Source of the DNA: Eutreptiella sp. 'Long Island Sound 2002'
Lineage: Eukaryota; Protista; Euglenida
Reading direction: 5' to 3'
DNA: 64,000 bases
Assembly: GCA_964036045.1 (NCBI GenBank)
Contig: OZ038379.1
Span: 44,206,001-44,270,000 of the forward strand
The position numbers and the translations under genes are program-made. Each line of letters opens with the position of its first letter. The stretch's first letter is position 1. Of this stretch, positions 51,818 to 63,300 are shown one piece after another. The notes below the pieces were generated by a model. It was given only the letters and a program-made list of their open reading frames with translations. It had not been told where the DNA came from and did not search any database.

Positions 51818-53407
51818 TGTATACCCTATGGGGTACTGGACTGATCTCTTTTGCGGCGAGCAATTTGCAAAGAACAACACCAACTCCGTTGATCACTCTT
51901 TGAAATTGTCGAAATCCTTCATGATCAGTCCATACAGAGAACCGTGAAATATAAACAGAAATTTCTCATATAAAACAGAACTCTTGAGAAGCGTAAAATC
52001 CTTTATTTCTGCACGCGCGCGCCGCACCCTAAGCTACAGGATCGCGATCTGGCTTCGGGCAGCCCCTGCTGGGCATAACCCGTCACACCCCCCGCTGAGC
52101 CGTTGCCGCAGTCACTAGGCCACCTGCAAGGGCTGACACACACCCAGGGGTATGCACAGCCATTACTAGCCATTACTGTACAGAAAAAATTGCTGAAATG
52201 GACTGAGATATTATACACTGTCCTAACCCCAATACCTGAAATCCTGAACTGAGGTCCCTCTACGTTCCTTCGGGTATCCTACACACTATCCTGAGTGGGG
52301 GGGTCACTGCCACCTAAAAACCCAGCTGACTATGGGACAAAATACCTGAGAAAGCACTAAAGGTTTTCAAACAGAAAATCACCTAAGCCAAATGCTGCTC
52401 TAAACTCCTGGCCTGAAACTCAGAGGGGCAGTTTTCCAAACTGATGTTCAAAAGAGTTTCACTGATTGTGTTCTACTTACTGCCCATGCCACCAGTCTGA
52501 TTCAAAAACATTTCCTGCACCCAAAAAAAAAACCCTGCTCAGAAGTTTGAAAAACAATGGACACACAGGCACAAAAGCAGCAACAACAGGGCACAAAAAA
52601 AGACAGTGAATACACACTGTGCTGCCCCCCTGAGCTTTAGGACAGGAGTTTAGAGCAGGATTTTGCTTAGGTGATTTTCTGTTTGAAAACTTTTAGTGCT
52701 TTCTCAGGAACGCTTCTCCATAGTCAGCTGGGTTTTCAGGTGGCAGTGAAACCCCCCTTCAGGACAGTGTAGGGTACCCGAAAAACAGTAGAGGGACCTT
52801 AGTTCAGGACTTCAGGTCCTGAGGGTAGGATATTGTACATTATCTCAGTCCATTTCCGCAATTTTGTTTGTACAGTAATCGCTGTGCATACCCCTGGGTG
52901 TGTGTCAGCCCTTGCAGGTGGCCTAGTGGCTGCGGCAAGGGCTTGGGGGGGGGTGTGACGGGTTGTGCCCAGCAGGGGGCTGCCCGCAGCCAGATCGCGA
53001 TCCTGTAGCTTAAGATGCGTCGCGCGCGTGCAGAAATAAAGGATTTTACGCTTCTGAAGAGTTCTGTTTTATATTAAAATTTATGTTTGCAATTCAGGGT
53101 TCTCTGCATGGACTGATCATGAAGGATTTCGACAATTTTGTATACCCTATGGGGTACTGGACTGATCTCTTTTGCGGCGAGCAATTTGCAAAGAACAACA
53201 TCAACTCTGTTGATCACTCTTTGAAATTGTCGAAATCCTTCATGATCAGTCCATACAGAGAACCCTGAATTACAAACAGAAATTTTAATATAAAACAGAA
53301 CTCTTCAGAAGCGTAAAATCCTTTATTTCTGCACGCGCGCGACGCATCCTAAGCTACAGGATCGCGATCTGGCTGCGGGCAGCCCCTGCTGGGCATAACC
53401 CGTCACA
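51818..53407 (+). mobile_element. TRIM-like non-autonomous element: 270/269-bp TG..CA direct terminal repeats, TGTAG TSD, fold-back interior
   Basis: LTR1 is 51818-52087 and LTR2 is 53139-53407. TGTAG lies at 51813-51817 and 53408-53412. The inverted arms are 51903-52431 and 52622-53138. Confidence 0.9.
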
Positions 53408-54404
53408 TGTAGCCGATCAACCCACTTCTGGGCCACTACTGAGTATGTCCCTCATTTAGAAAGGTTGGGGACCCTGCGGACAACAGGGGTCATGTGGGCC
53501 GAAGTGCTTCACAATGCAAGAGACAATTAGCAGTGCCGTACACCTGGCAGACTAGCAGCACAATTCTTGCCTTCCTCGGGGTCATCCACGCTACAAACCT
53601 AAGCACAAAATCAAAAGTGACCCACAACTGGCGATTTGGCCACTGCCGTCTGGGTGATACCCAGCACTTAAAAGCACGATTGAACATCACCAGTGTCCGA
53701 CAAGGCGGCAAATGGGCCCTCGGACCACATAGGTCATGCATTCAATGTTCCGAGTTGTGGACCGCTGCTTATTTCCTCTCCGGCAATCAATCATTAGGGA
53801 CCCTCCAAATGGCGGTGGTTATGTAGCCAATTTCTCTTTTGGCCACCGTTGATTATCTCCCTGACTGCCACTGCTTAGCCACTGCTTATTGTCTCTCTAA
53901 TGGTGATGCGCTTATTGCCTCTTTGGGTGTGAAGCGTTTTTTGCCCTTGAACTACATGAGGGATGTACGCAACATGCTGAATTGTGGATTGGTGCTGGTT
54001 TTCTGTTCGGCAATCAGCCATAAGGGAATGCTCCAAATGGTTTGCGGTATGTAGCCAATTGCCGTCTTGCCGGGGACTTCTGATTTTCTCCCTTGCTTTG
54101 AAGCGTGCGTAACACCCTGTAGGCCCGGGAGATGTACCCAATATGCCAGCTTTCGTTCCACTGATGAATTTGTCCGGCGATCTGAAGCACTGCGGAATCT
54201 TCAAAAAGCAGCGGTGTGTCTCCCATTTGCCCACCTATGGGCCGCAACCAAGTTTGTTCCCTGCTGTGAAGCATCGCATTTAGCCCCCAGGAACGAACCG
54301 TTTATGTTTCGATTTGCCCGTTGGTGCCTCACTTTTGGTTTGTCCATCACTCTAATGCGTACACGACCATCCCGAACAGCAGAAGTTATGTACCCATTGT
54401 GCCG

Positions 54405-56940
54405 TTGTAGATTGACTCCAGCAAGTCGAGTACCTGAAGGAGTATGGAGACATCTACAAACCCCTGGAGAAGCGTCTGGAACCTGTCCTGGTCAACCAAG
54501 AGCAATGGAAACGGGACAAGACCTACCTCTGGTATGAGAACCGGATAGTCGTGCCAAGCGAACGTATCCCAGCACTCCTCAAGTGGACCCATGAGTCCAG
54601 TGGTCATGTTGGGGCCGACCGTACCTTGAAGCTATTCAAGAAGTGGTTCCCCTCTACGTGGAGTGACGAGGAGCTGCGGAAAAACCCCCAGCCCATCGTG
54701 GACAAGTGCCCGTTTCGGTCCTGCAAACCTTGGGATATCAGGGACAGAGGTCTGTATTCGGCCCTTCCTATCCCACACTCTGCCAACAGTGTTCTCTATG
54801 TGGACTGCACTGAGATGCCTGAGTTTTGGGGGCTATGACGTCGCCCTAGTGGTAACCTGTGGGCTGACCAGGTTTGCCAGAGTAATCCCGTGCACTAAAC
54901 GCATCATCGGCGAGGAGACAATCAAGATACTCCTGGAAGAGTTGTTCTGTGTCTATGGGGCAACCAAAGAAATTAACTCAGACCAAGACGTCTGAGTACG
55001 CTCCGACACTGGCGGGTACAAGAGACTCCTGAGGTCCCTCAATGTCCGGGTGTCAACGGCGATTCCCTACACTCATACGAGTAACCCTCTATGTGAGCGA
55101 CAGATTCGAGATCTCAAAGATAACGTGAGGATATGGTGCAAGACTGAGCGCACCAAGGACTGGGTGAGACTACTCCCCGTGATATCCCTCATGATGAACT
55201 CCCAAGAGAGTTCGGCAACTGGCTATTCGCCCCATGAGCTGTTCATTGAAAAACCCGGCTAGGCTCCTACACGCTCCCTATCCTGAGGATTCCTACTCTA
55301 CGGTGGGAAAATGGATGAAGGAGCAACAAGATAAGGTGGACAGGGCAAGGGGTGCTCCACAGAGTGAGGCACCGAACGTGGAACAAGAAGGACAAGCACC
55401 GAGATCCTGCCTCCTATCAAGAGGGAGACTGGGTGCTGGTGCACCACAGTTGGCTGACCGCCTGGCCACCCTCCACCAGCGATGACGCCTACTTTGGGCC
55501 CTACAAGATCCTCTGTGTGGATGGTCACCGCATCACTGTGCGTTGTTCGGCCCCACTAGAGAAGACCCTGGTGTGCCAAGCTCAGCAGCTGAAGCGCTAC
55601 TGGTTTGGAGTGGGGAAAGCTAACTGGGAGCCCTTTTCTGCCTTCATGCTTCCTGAGGGGAGCCTGAACTCTGTTCTTGTAGAGTACATTTCCCATTAAC
55701 AACCTAGGAGTGTTGCTGAGGCGCGCTGAAACGCTTGCCTCGCCGAAGAAGCCTAGTGACTGAACCCTTCCTATACCTGCCTATGTATGTGTGAGTGTGC
55801 TGAGCCTGAGGACCTATGAGCAAGCTGCAGAAATGGTGTCCCAATTATATCCAACTTTGCACCCTTGCTAAACGTGGCGGATGTCTTTACACGGTGCCAT
55901 GGGGTACACCCCAGGTCTCTCCGCCCCTAGGTGCCCTATTTCTGTGCTGGCACCAAACATCCTTGGGCGAATGCCGGGCGCTAAAGCCAAAGTATTGGTT
56001 TTGCCTACCTACCTGCCTACTACAGAGGAGGGGTGGCCAAAAGCTACGAGGCACGACAACCGCCTGTTTGCTAGACGGCCAGAACCTGGACTGCCACTGC
56101 CACTGCCGACCAAAAACCCTGATATAATTTCAGGATACAGGCGGGACAGTGACACACTCACTACAGGTCCTTAACTGATTCCAATGGCACCAGCATTTGA
56201 AGGGTGAGCGAACACAGCTGTGCTCTAGCCCTCACCCAGGCCTACCACGCCTACAGTCACACATTACTTGGTGTTGTTCATGAAGAGTTCACGGGCCCTA
56301 GTGGCCCCCCTGTGAGAATGCAAGAGAACACGGCGCTAGTAAGCTGCTGTCGCCTAACAGGGACGTCAAAACACGTTTCCCTGCTAGGGCTTGGAGGGAA
56401 GGAGTGTTCTGTTTGCGTGCACAGCGTGTCAGCTTGTTGTCTTGACGCGATACACGGCCTCGCGCAGGCAGGAGAAGAGCTGCTGTGGTGTGATCGGCGC
56501 CTGTTTTACCTGGGTAGAAAGAAATTGCTGCTGCACCAATCACCCTGACCTTGCCCACCTGAGAACAGAGGCAAATGCAGGATTGCTTTTAGCTGAGGAA
56601 CCTAACCTGCATCGCCATATTATACGGGTCTCCGACAGGAAAAAAAATACAGTGTCTAAAAGCAGCCCTATCAAACAAGCAAACTCAAGGAACGCCGCCC
56701 GTTCTTTTATAGAACGTAGGGTGGAGCCTCTGCGTAATCTAAACAAGGGCCATACTGAGCGCACTTTGCGTGGCCTACCCTTTGATGCGTCATATGCAAG
56801 AACGAGTATGCACGAGTTGGTCAGTCCCCTATTTCTCAACCACTCAATCACAATCAATGCATACCCAGCGTTGGTCACAATCATTGACTCAACCAGGGGG
56901 TGGCCCCCCCTGGGCTTACTCACTTTACCTACTGCTGGGG
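54405..56940 (+). mobile_element. Ty3/Gypsy 3' fragment: decayed integrase and chromodomain remnant plus 3' region
   Basis: HESSGHVG, VLYVDC, INSDQDV, SNPLCERQIR, YFGPYKI and ANWEPFSAF are homologous to the minus-strand pol. The 3' region is homologous to 58850-59950 (reverse complement). Confidence 0.88.
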
Positions 56941-56964
56941 AGAGGGAGCAAGTGACTGGTTGAA

Positions 56965-57688
56965 ACGAAACACAAGCAGAAAGATGTCCTTGATTAATGC
57001 CCTAGATATGTTGATGAAATCCTGCAGGTTTTGAAGTTGAAAACCCAAACCAGAGCAGCAGGTAGAGCAAGAGCAGGATGTGGATCGAATGAATGAATAG
57101 TTTTGAAATCCAGTGTAACACAGAAGGGCTGCAGATAGACAATGCAGGTATAAACACAAAGATTCAATCACAAATGGATAATACAAAAGATTTTATATGA
57201 AAACTGGTCTGACTCTGGCCTCCAAGATAGCATCAAGCACTTCATGTGCACTCTTTTGGGTGAAATGGTGCTGGTTAGGAATGTGGGGCATAGATGTCAG
57301 GCCAACACAGAAAATGACTTGGCCAAGCAACTGAATTCAGAAACAGTTAAAACGTAGAACCACAATAAGTGGTCGAAACATTTGAGTATAAGGTTCTTGG
57401 GGTGGGAGACCACTAGGCTTAACCTCCAAGGCCTAAAGCATGAAATGCCTATTTTATTTTGGTATATCCTCCATGAAGAAAGGTACCTCCGCTCAGTTGA
57501 GTGGCAGGGGTGAACTTCATGGGGGGGCTAGGGTTACTACCCTAGTTACTTTGAGAAAGTGTACTTTAGGCTTAAAAAGAGTGATAAAAACACCTAACTT
57601 AGTCTTACCATCAGCAAAAGGGTTTCAAGGGGGGCTTGGCCTTGATCAAGCCCTCCAAGAAAGACATGGCAGTGACTTTTTCTTACTC
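56965..57688 (-). repeat. LTR-like repeat, probable 3' LTR of the minus-strand Gypsy
   Basis: Its reverse complement aligns with 25978-26066 + 29923-30600 and with 35023-35600. A G-tract (CCAGGGGG on the minus strand) lies immediately upstream. The left boundary is uncertain. Confidence 0.55.
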
Positions 57689-60383
57689 CCCCCTGGAGTA
57701 CTAGTTAGCTAACCTAGTAGGACCAAGGAAAAAGGCTCAAATATTCCCAAAATTACCTCAGAAAATGCATTGAACTTACCAAAAACATCCTCATCAGTTC
57801 ATAGAAGCCTATCACACTGTAGGTACCCTCGAAAAACAGTGTAATGTACCGTGAATGATGTCCCTTCGATGGGGCATTCCTCAAAAGTCGCCGGCGTGCG
57901 ACGAAAACTTTTGGTGGAAATTTGGGGGTAGTGGGGTTTGAACCCAGGACTCCCTCCCTAGAGCACACATGCTTGCCCGCTAGGGTACAGTGGAACACTC
58001 TGATGCGGACGGCTACTGCTGTATAAACAGCGTTTTGGTAAACGTCCTGACCAAGGGCCAGGGCGGAGCAATACTCCCAATGGAGGACACAAATCTCCAG
58101 GAGCTGAAAAAAATAGAAAATGGAACCAACAGGGAGTGATTCCTGCGGTTTAGCGAAAGGGGTAGCGATATAACAAGTCCAATCGCTAAAAATTGACGAA
58201 ATCACGCGAGAAATCGTCATTTTTACACCACACTCAAAGTCGCAGACAAGCGCAATGGAAGCGGACTTAAAAAACAAGGTTGCGCAAGCGTAAACGGCTT
58301 TTGAAAAAGGAGGTATGAGCCGTAGTTTTTAAAGTTCTAAAGGAAATTTTTGCACAGTTGCATCGAAATTTTTGTAAACTTTAGAGAAAAGTATTCAGAC
58401 TCAACCGACACAACAGAGCAGGTGGACAACCCACCTCTCAGGTATGCCATTGTCATCTCACACGCATGCATTGCGTTCGTGTTGGTTCCTTCGTTAAAAT
58501 TTTAGGGTTGTCAACGCTGTGTTCGTTGGGGGTTTGGGCGCTCATCTACTTTGCCCTGCACAGGTCAAAACAGGAATGAAAGGTATGCGATGCGAATCGA
58601 GCGCGCAGCGCGCATCTAGGGTTAGAATATGCGCTGTGCTCGCGATGGATGTGCCTATTTGAGGCATTCACACGCTGTGACGCTTTCCCTGTACCCCAAT
58701 TCATCCTCAATCTCTCTTCACAGGTAAGAAAAGAAAGTGTTTGCTCGTGTGTAGCCGTAGCGTTAAAGTAGGGTTGCTTAAAACGCTTAGGCTTGTTGAT
58801 AACTCGCAATAGGGTCGTTTTGCGTTCGCTTCACTTCGGCATTCACACGATGCATGGTGAGTAAGGTAGGTTAGCCCAGGAGGAGCTCAGCTCCTGGTTG
58901 AGTCAGAGTTGTCATGGTTCCACCTCCCTTCCCTGCATGTGTGCACACGATGCATTAAAGGGTAGGCCACGCGTAATGCGCACGGTAAACCTTGTTTACG
59001 TTACCCAGGGGCTCCTCGGTACGTTCTTTAAGAGAACCTGAGGAGTCTCTTAACGCTTGCTTGCTTGACTGGGCTTGTTTGAGGACAGCGTATTATAGGT
59101 CACACTGAGAAGCGTATAATACGTGGAGTGTGGCTTGGTTCCTCAGCCGCAAACACCCCTTCATTGGCCTCCGTTGTACAGGTGGGAGAGGTTCAGGGTG
59201 ATTGGTGCACGCAGCAGCTGCCTTCGGCGGCTATCCCATTTTTCTGCACCAGCTAAACAGGGGCGCTGATCACACAATCAATTGACTGCTCCTCAGCCAG
59301 GAGTGGCGTGGGCAGTTGGCCTCCATTGACATCCGCGCTGTGCACACAACAAGAGCACCCCTTCCTTCCAAGCCCTAGCAGGGAAACGTGTTGTGACGTC
59401 CCTGTTAGGCCACAGTTGCTTAGCAGCGCTTTGTTCTCTTGTCTTCTTCACAGGAGGGTCATTAGGACCCGAGACCTCATTGACAGCAACACCAAGTAGC
59501 GTGTGTAGGGGTTAGTGTCAGCAGGCCTGGCAGGAGTTGAGTGCAGGTGATGAGTGCTCACCCTGCCTTCGAAGGCCGGTGCTGGCGTTAGTGAGTGTAG
59601 TGTAGAGGTGTCTCCTGTCCCGCGTGCTTTTCCTCGTGGGCAGGGGAGTTCGTTAGCTTTTGGCCCTTAGCAAAGATGGGCGTTTTGTATGCCCTTAGCA
59701 CACTTGGCCACCCCCCCCCTCTAGTAGGTAGGGCTTCTGCCGTCTTCCCCAACGGATAGGCGCCAGCACAGAAATTGGGCGCCATAGGAGTGGTAATAGT
59801 ACCTGATTGGGACCTTCGGTCCGACGTCAGCGAAGCCTGGTCTCCGGGAGCCACGCCGGGGAGAGAAGTGAGACACACACAGACATACGTAGCACACATA
59901 GGGGTATGGTAAACCCTGTAAGGAAGGGTAGAGCCCCATGGGTCTGGACGAGTCAGGGGTCCTAACTGTGGGCTCGCTTGTCCCCAAGGAGGGAAGACAC
60001 ACCTTTCCTCATAACACCTTGCTTGTCATTCCCCCCTGGTGTAGTAAGCCACCGTTCCTCGTTGGCTCCTCAAGGTCATTACATCAGGGCAGTCCCCATG
60101 CAACACATGGTCAGCAAGGCATACACTCGCTGGGTGGCTGCAATCCTGATAAGTGGCCACCTGGCCCACGCTGGAACCCATAGGCATGGGTCTGCAGGGC
60201 ATAGACAGGGTCAGTGCAGTGCTCAGTAAGCAGTAGTCTGTGAAAAACCAATGGCCGTCGGCCAGGGAGTGGTTGTCACGGGGGGCTAACGGTCCTGTCC
60301 TGCGATGCAATGCGGGGCAACTGTGACAACTGCTCTAACACCCATACACAGGCACGTCCCCAGAAGAGTGCTCACTGCACCTG
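57689..60383 (-). other. ~2.7-kb 3' region between pol and the putative 3' LTR
   Basis: Over 1 kb of it is shared with the + strand copy, including a conserved hairpin and codon-conserved patches. Confidence 0.5.
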
Positions 60384-63300
60384 TCAGTAGACTGACACAG
60401 GGAATGCGTTTCGCTTTTTACGCTGGGACATAGTCTCAGCACGGGTTAGTAGCTGCCCCTCGTTGTTCTCAACGAGGTAGGTGCGGAAGATGGTGTTGAT
60501 ACTCCCGTCTGGTTGTATGAAGGCTGACATAGGTTCCCAGGTCGCCTCAGATAACCCATAGCCATCCCACAGGGTTAAGAATTTCCAGCCCTGTTTATAC
60601 TCCTGGCGAGCAATACCTGCAACCACGTAGTAACCATCGACTGCCATCTCATCAGCAGTCATCTCTTCGAGTTTGTCTGCCTCCTCTGGACTGGCAGAGT
60701 TCTCTAGGTCTATACGCTCAACCTCACTGTCGCTGAGGCGCCACTCATCCCAAGACAAATCGTCAGGGGAGTGATAGTGCCTCAACTGTTTAGGTACACA
60801 CAGCAGTTCACCACCTAGACGTGGACTGCACCTGACATGGATCCTGGATCCATCTGACCTGATGATACGATAGGGTCCAAAAGAAGGGTCCTGTAGGCAG
60901 TTACGTGGCCAGGAGTGTAGGCCTGAATGGTGTACCAAAACAAGGTCACCAACCTTGAAGCTGGCAGGTCGCCGTAGGCGGTTCCATCGGCTCAGTTCAC
61001 GGTCACGAATGTGTCTTAGGTTAGGCCCAGCCTGGTTAGCCAGACACTGCTTGTGTTCCAGCCAATCTCCCACAGGGCTCTTGAAGTCCTCAGGAAAGGG
61101 GGTTTTGAAGAACCAAGCAGGTCGCCCTCCATGGAACAGTTCCTGGGGGGTGAAACCCGTAGAGGAGCTCCGCTGTGAGTTCATGGTCAGCACTGCCCAG
61201 GGCACTAGGCGTACCCAGTCCTTGGTACGCTCCTGTTTCATCAGGATTCTTAAGTTTTGCTCCACGACACGGTTCTGTCTCTCACAGAGAGGGTTAGACG
61301 TGTGGGTATAGGGCACACCTGTGGTTCCCTCCACGCTGAGGGCATTTAGCACTCGTTTGTACCACCCAGTGTCACTGCGGATGCGTACATCCTCATCAGA
61401 GTGCACCTGCTTAGGTGCTCCATAGGGTTCGAACCATTGTTCCACCAACATTTTCACAGTCTGCTCACCTGTGATTTTCTTATTGCAAGGGAACACACGG
61501 GTGAAGCGAGATAGGCCATAGGTGGCCACTAGGCAACTATCATAGCCGCCGAAGTGTGGTAGGCCGTGGATGAAGTCCACGTAGAGAAGAGAGTTAGCAC
61601 AATAGGGTATGGTTAAGCTGGGGATCAGGCCCCTATCCCTACTGTCGCTCTGCTTGCTGGCATGACAGCCACAAGCATCCACAATGGTCTGCATACGCGA
61701 CCTCAGTTCAGTCAGGGTTAGACCAGAGTAGAAACACTCACGGAAGAAGTCCACTGAGCGATTAGCGCCAGTGTGACCAGAACTGAGATGGGACCACTGT
61801 ATGCACCCATCCAGTCGTGCCTCAGGCACCACAATTCGGTCCTCGTAGAAGAGGTACTTATTGTTCTTATACCACTGGTGCCCGTCAATGACACGGGGTT
61901 CGAGACCAGTGCTGAGGGTTTGGAGAATTTCTTTGTACTCTGACTGATAGTCCGTTAAACTCCAACCCTCCAGTATTCCAGCAGTGCGCATGGACAGGTC
62001 AAGCTGGACATCCATACGCTGGAAAGCCTCTCCGGCGAGCGCCTCAGAGCTCTCACCTATAAGCGCATCGAAGTTGTTGCGCGATATATAGTCAGACAGT
62101 TCATTCTTTATTCCGGGGATGTGATGGACTGTCAGCTTGAACTGGCTCAGGTAAGTCGACCACCGCTTTAGCTTTGCTTTCTCTGGTGGTGGGCCCTTCT
62201 GAAAAGACTTCTCAGGCTCCTGGTCACACAGCCAGACAATAGGGTTAGATCCCAGGAGTCGGGTATGTGACGAAAGCACCAACATACCGGCCAGGAGTTC
62301 CTGGTCATAGGTGCTGTAATTGGAACGTGCCTGGTTCCATTTCCAATTCCAGTGTCCCAGTGGCACCAGTCGCCACTCACTGGTAGGATAGTCATGTTTC
62401 AACAAACCATCACGGTTCAGTCCACTAGTACGATAATGGCAGTGGGTTAGTTCAGCGGGGTTAAGCTCCTGCCATTGGTAGATCGTACCACCCCCGCCTA
62501 CATCACTGGCATCAGTGATCAGGACTATCTCGCCCTCAGGGCGGGGTACTCCCAGGCAGTTGGAGGAGGCAATCTTCTTCTTCAACTCCTGGAAACACTC
62601 TTCCTCTCTGGCGGTCCACCTCCAGGGAGTAGTTTTCTTGATTAGGTCAGTGAGGGGGGCAGGGAAGTAAGTAAAATTGTGGATGTGACGCCGATAGAAA
62701 TTACAGGCGCCAACAAAGCTCCTCACGTCGTGTAGACCCTTCTTAGAGTCATCGCGAATCTGCATGTCCTGTAGCGGCTGCATCTTGGACGCGGCTGGTT
62801 TCCACCAACCATACCCCACGTCAAAACCCAAATACTCCATCTCCTCTTTGATAAACTCACATTTTTCGAGTTTGATTCGGAGATGGCTTTCTTCACAGAC
62901 AATGAAAAATTCACGCAGGAGAAGGACATGGTCCTCTTGGGTATTAGTACCCAAACTCACGTCGTCAATGTGAGCCTCCATTTCTGCACCCCGAGAAATC
63001 AACTCCTGTACTAGAGGCCTGCGCCTCAGTATGTACAAAATCTTGTTCATTAGCTCCTGGAAGAGCGCTGGGGCATTAGCCACCCCGAAAGGCATAACCT
63101 TCGACTTAAAGACACGGCCCCTAGGGGTTATAAAAGCCAGCAGCTCCTGAGCTGCGGCGGTTGGGTCCACCTGCCAGTAACCAGAGCGTTTGTCCACTTT
63201 GGTCTTGTACCTGCATTTGACAATACGCTCCAGGGTATTTCCCATGTTAGGAATACTCCCTGAGTGGTTCTGGGTTTTCTTGTTGACCTCACCATAGTCA

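Larger units (their letters stand above)
43950..54400. repeat. Highly diverged ~70-80-bp satellite with ~0.9-kb higher-order repeat
   Basis: The core GTAGCCAATTTGCCCACTTGTGGGCCAC..TGAAGC recurs throughout. HOR anchors lie at 45558, 46507, 47446 and 50016. Confidence 0.85.

Noticed and set aside
43950-54400. CRISPR-like repeat-spacer array
   Set aside because: The monomers diverge along their whole length, there are no unique spacers and no cas genes, and the context is eukaryotic.
57753-58277. 174-aa minus-strand ORF
   Set aside because: It has no motif and no second copy in the window to test coding constraint.
59516-60397. Candidate LTR bounded by TGTCAG...CTGACA
   Set aside because: Homology to the + strand copy continues well past 59516 to ~58850, and no adjacent PPT is present, so this is not a terminus.
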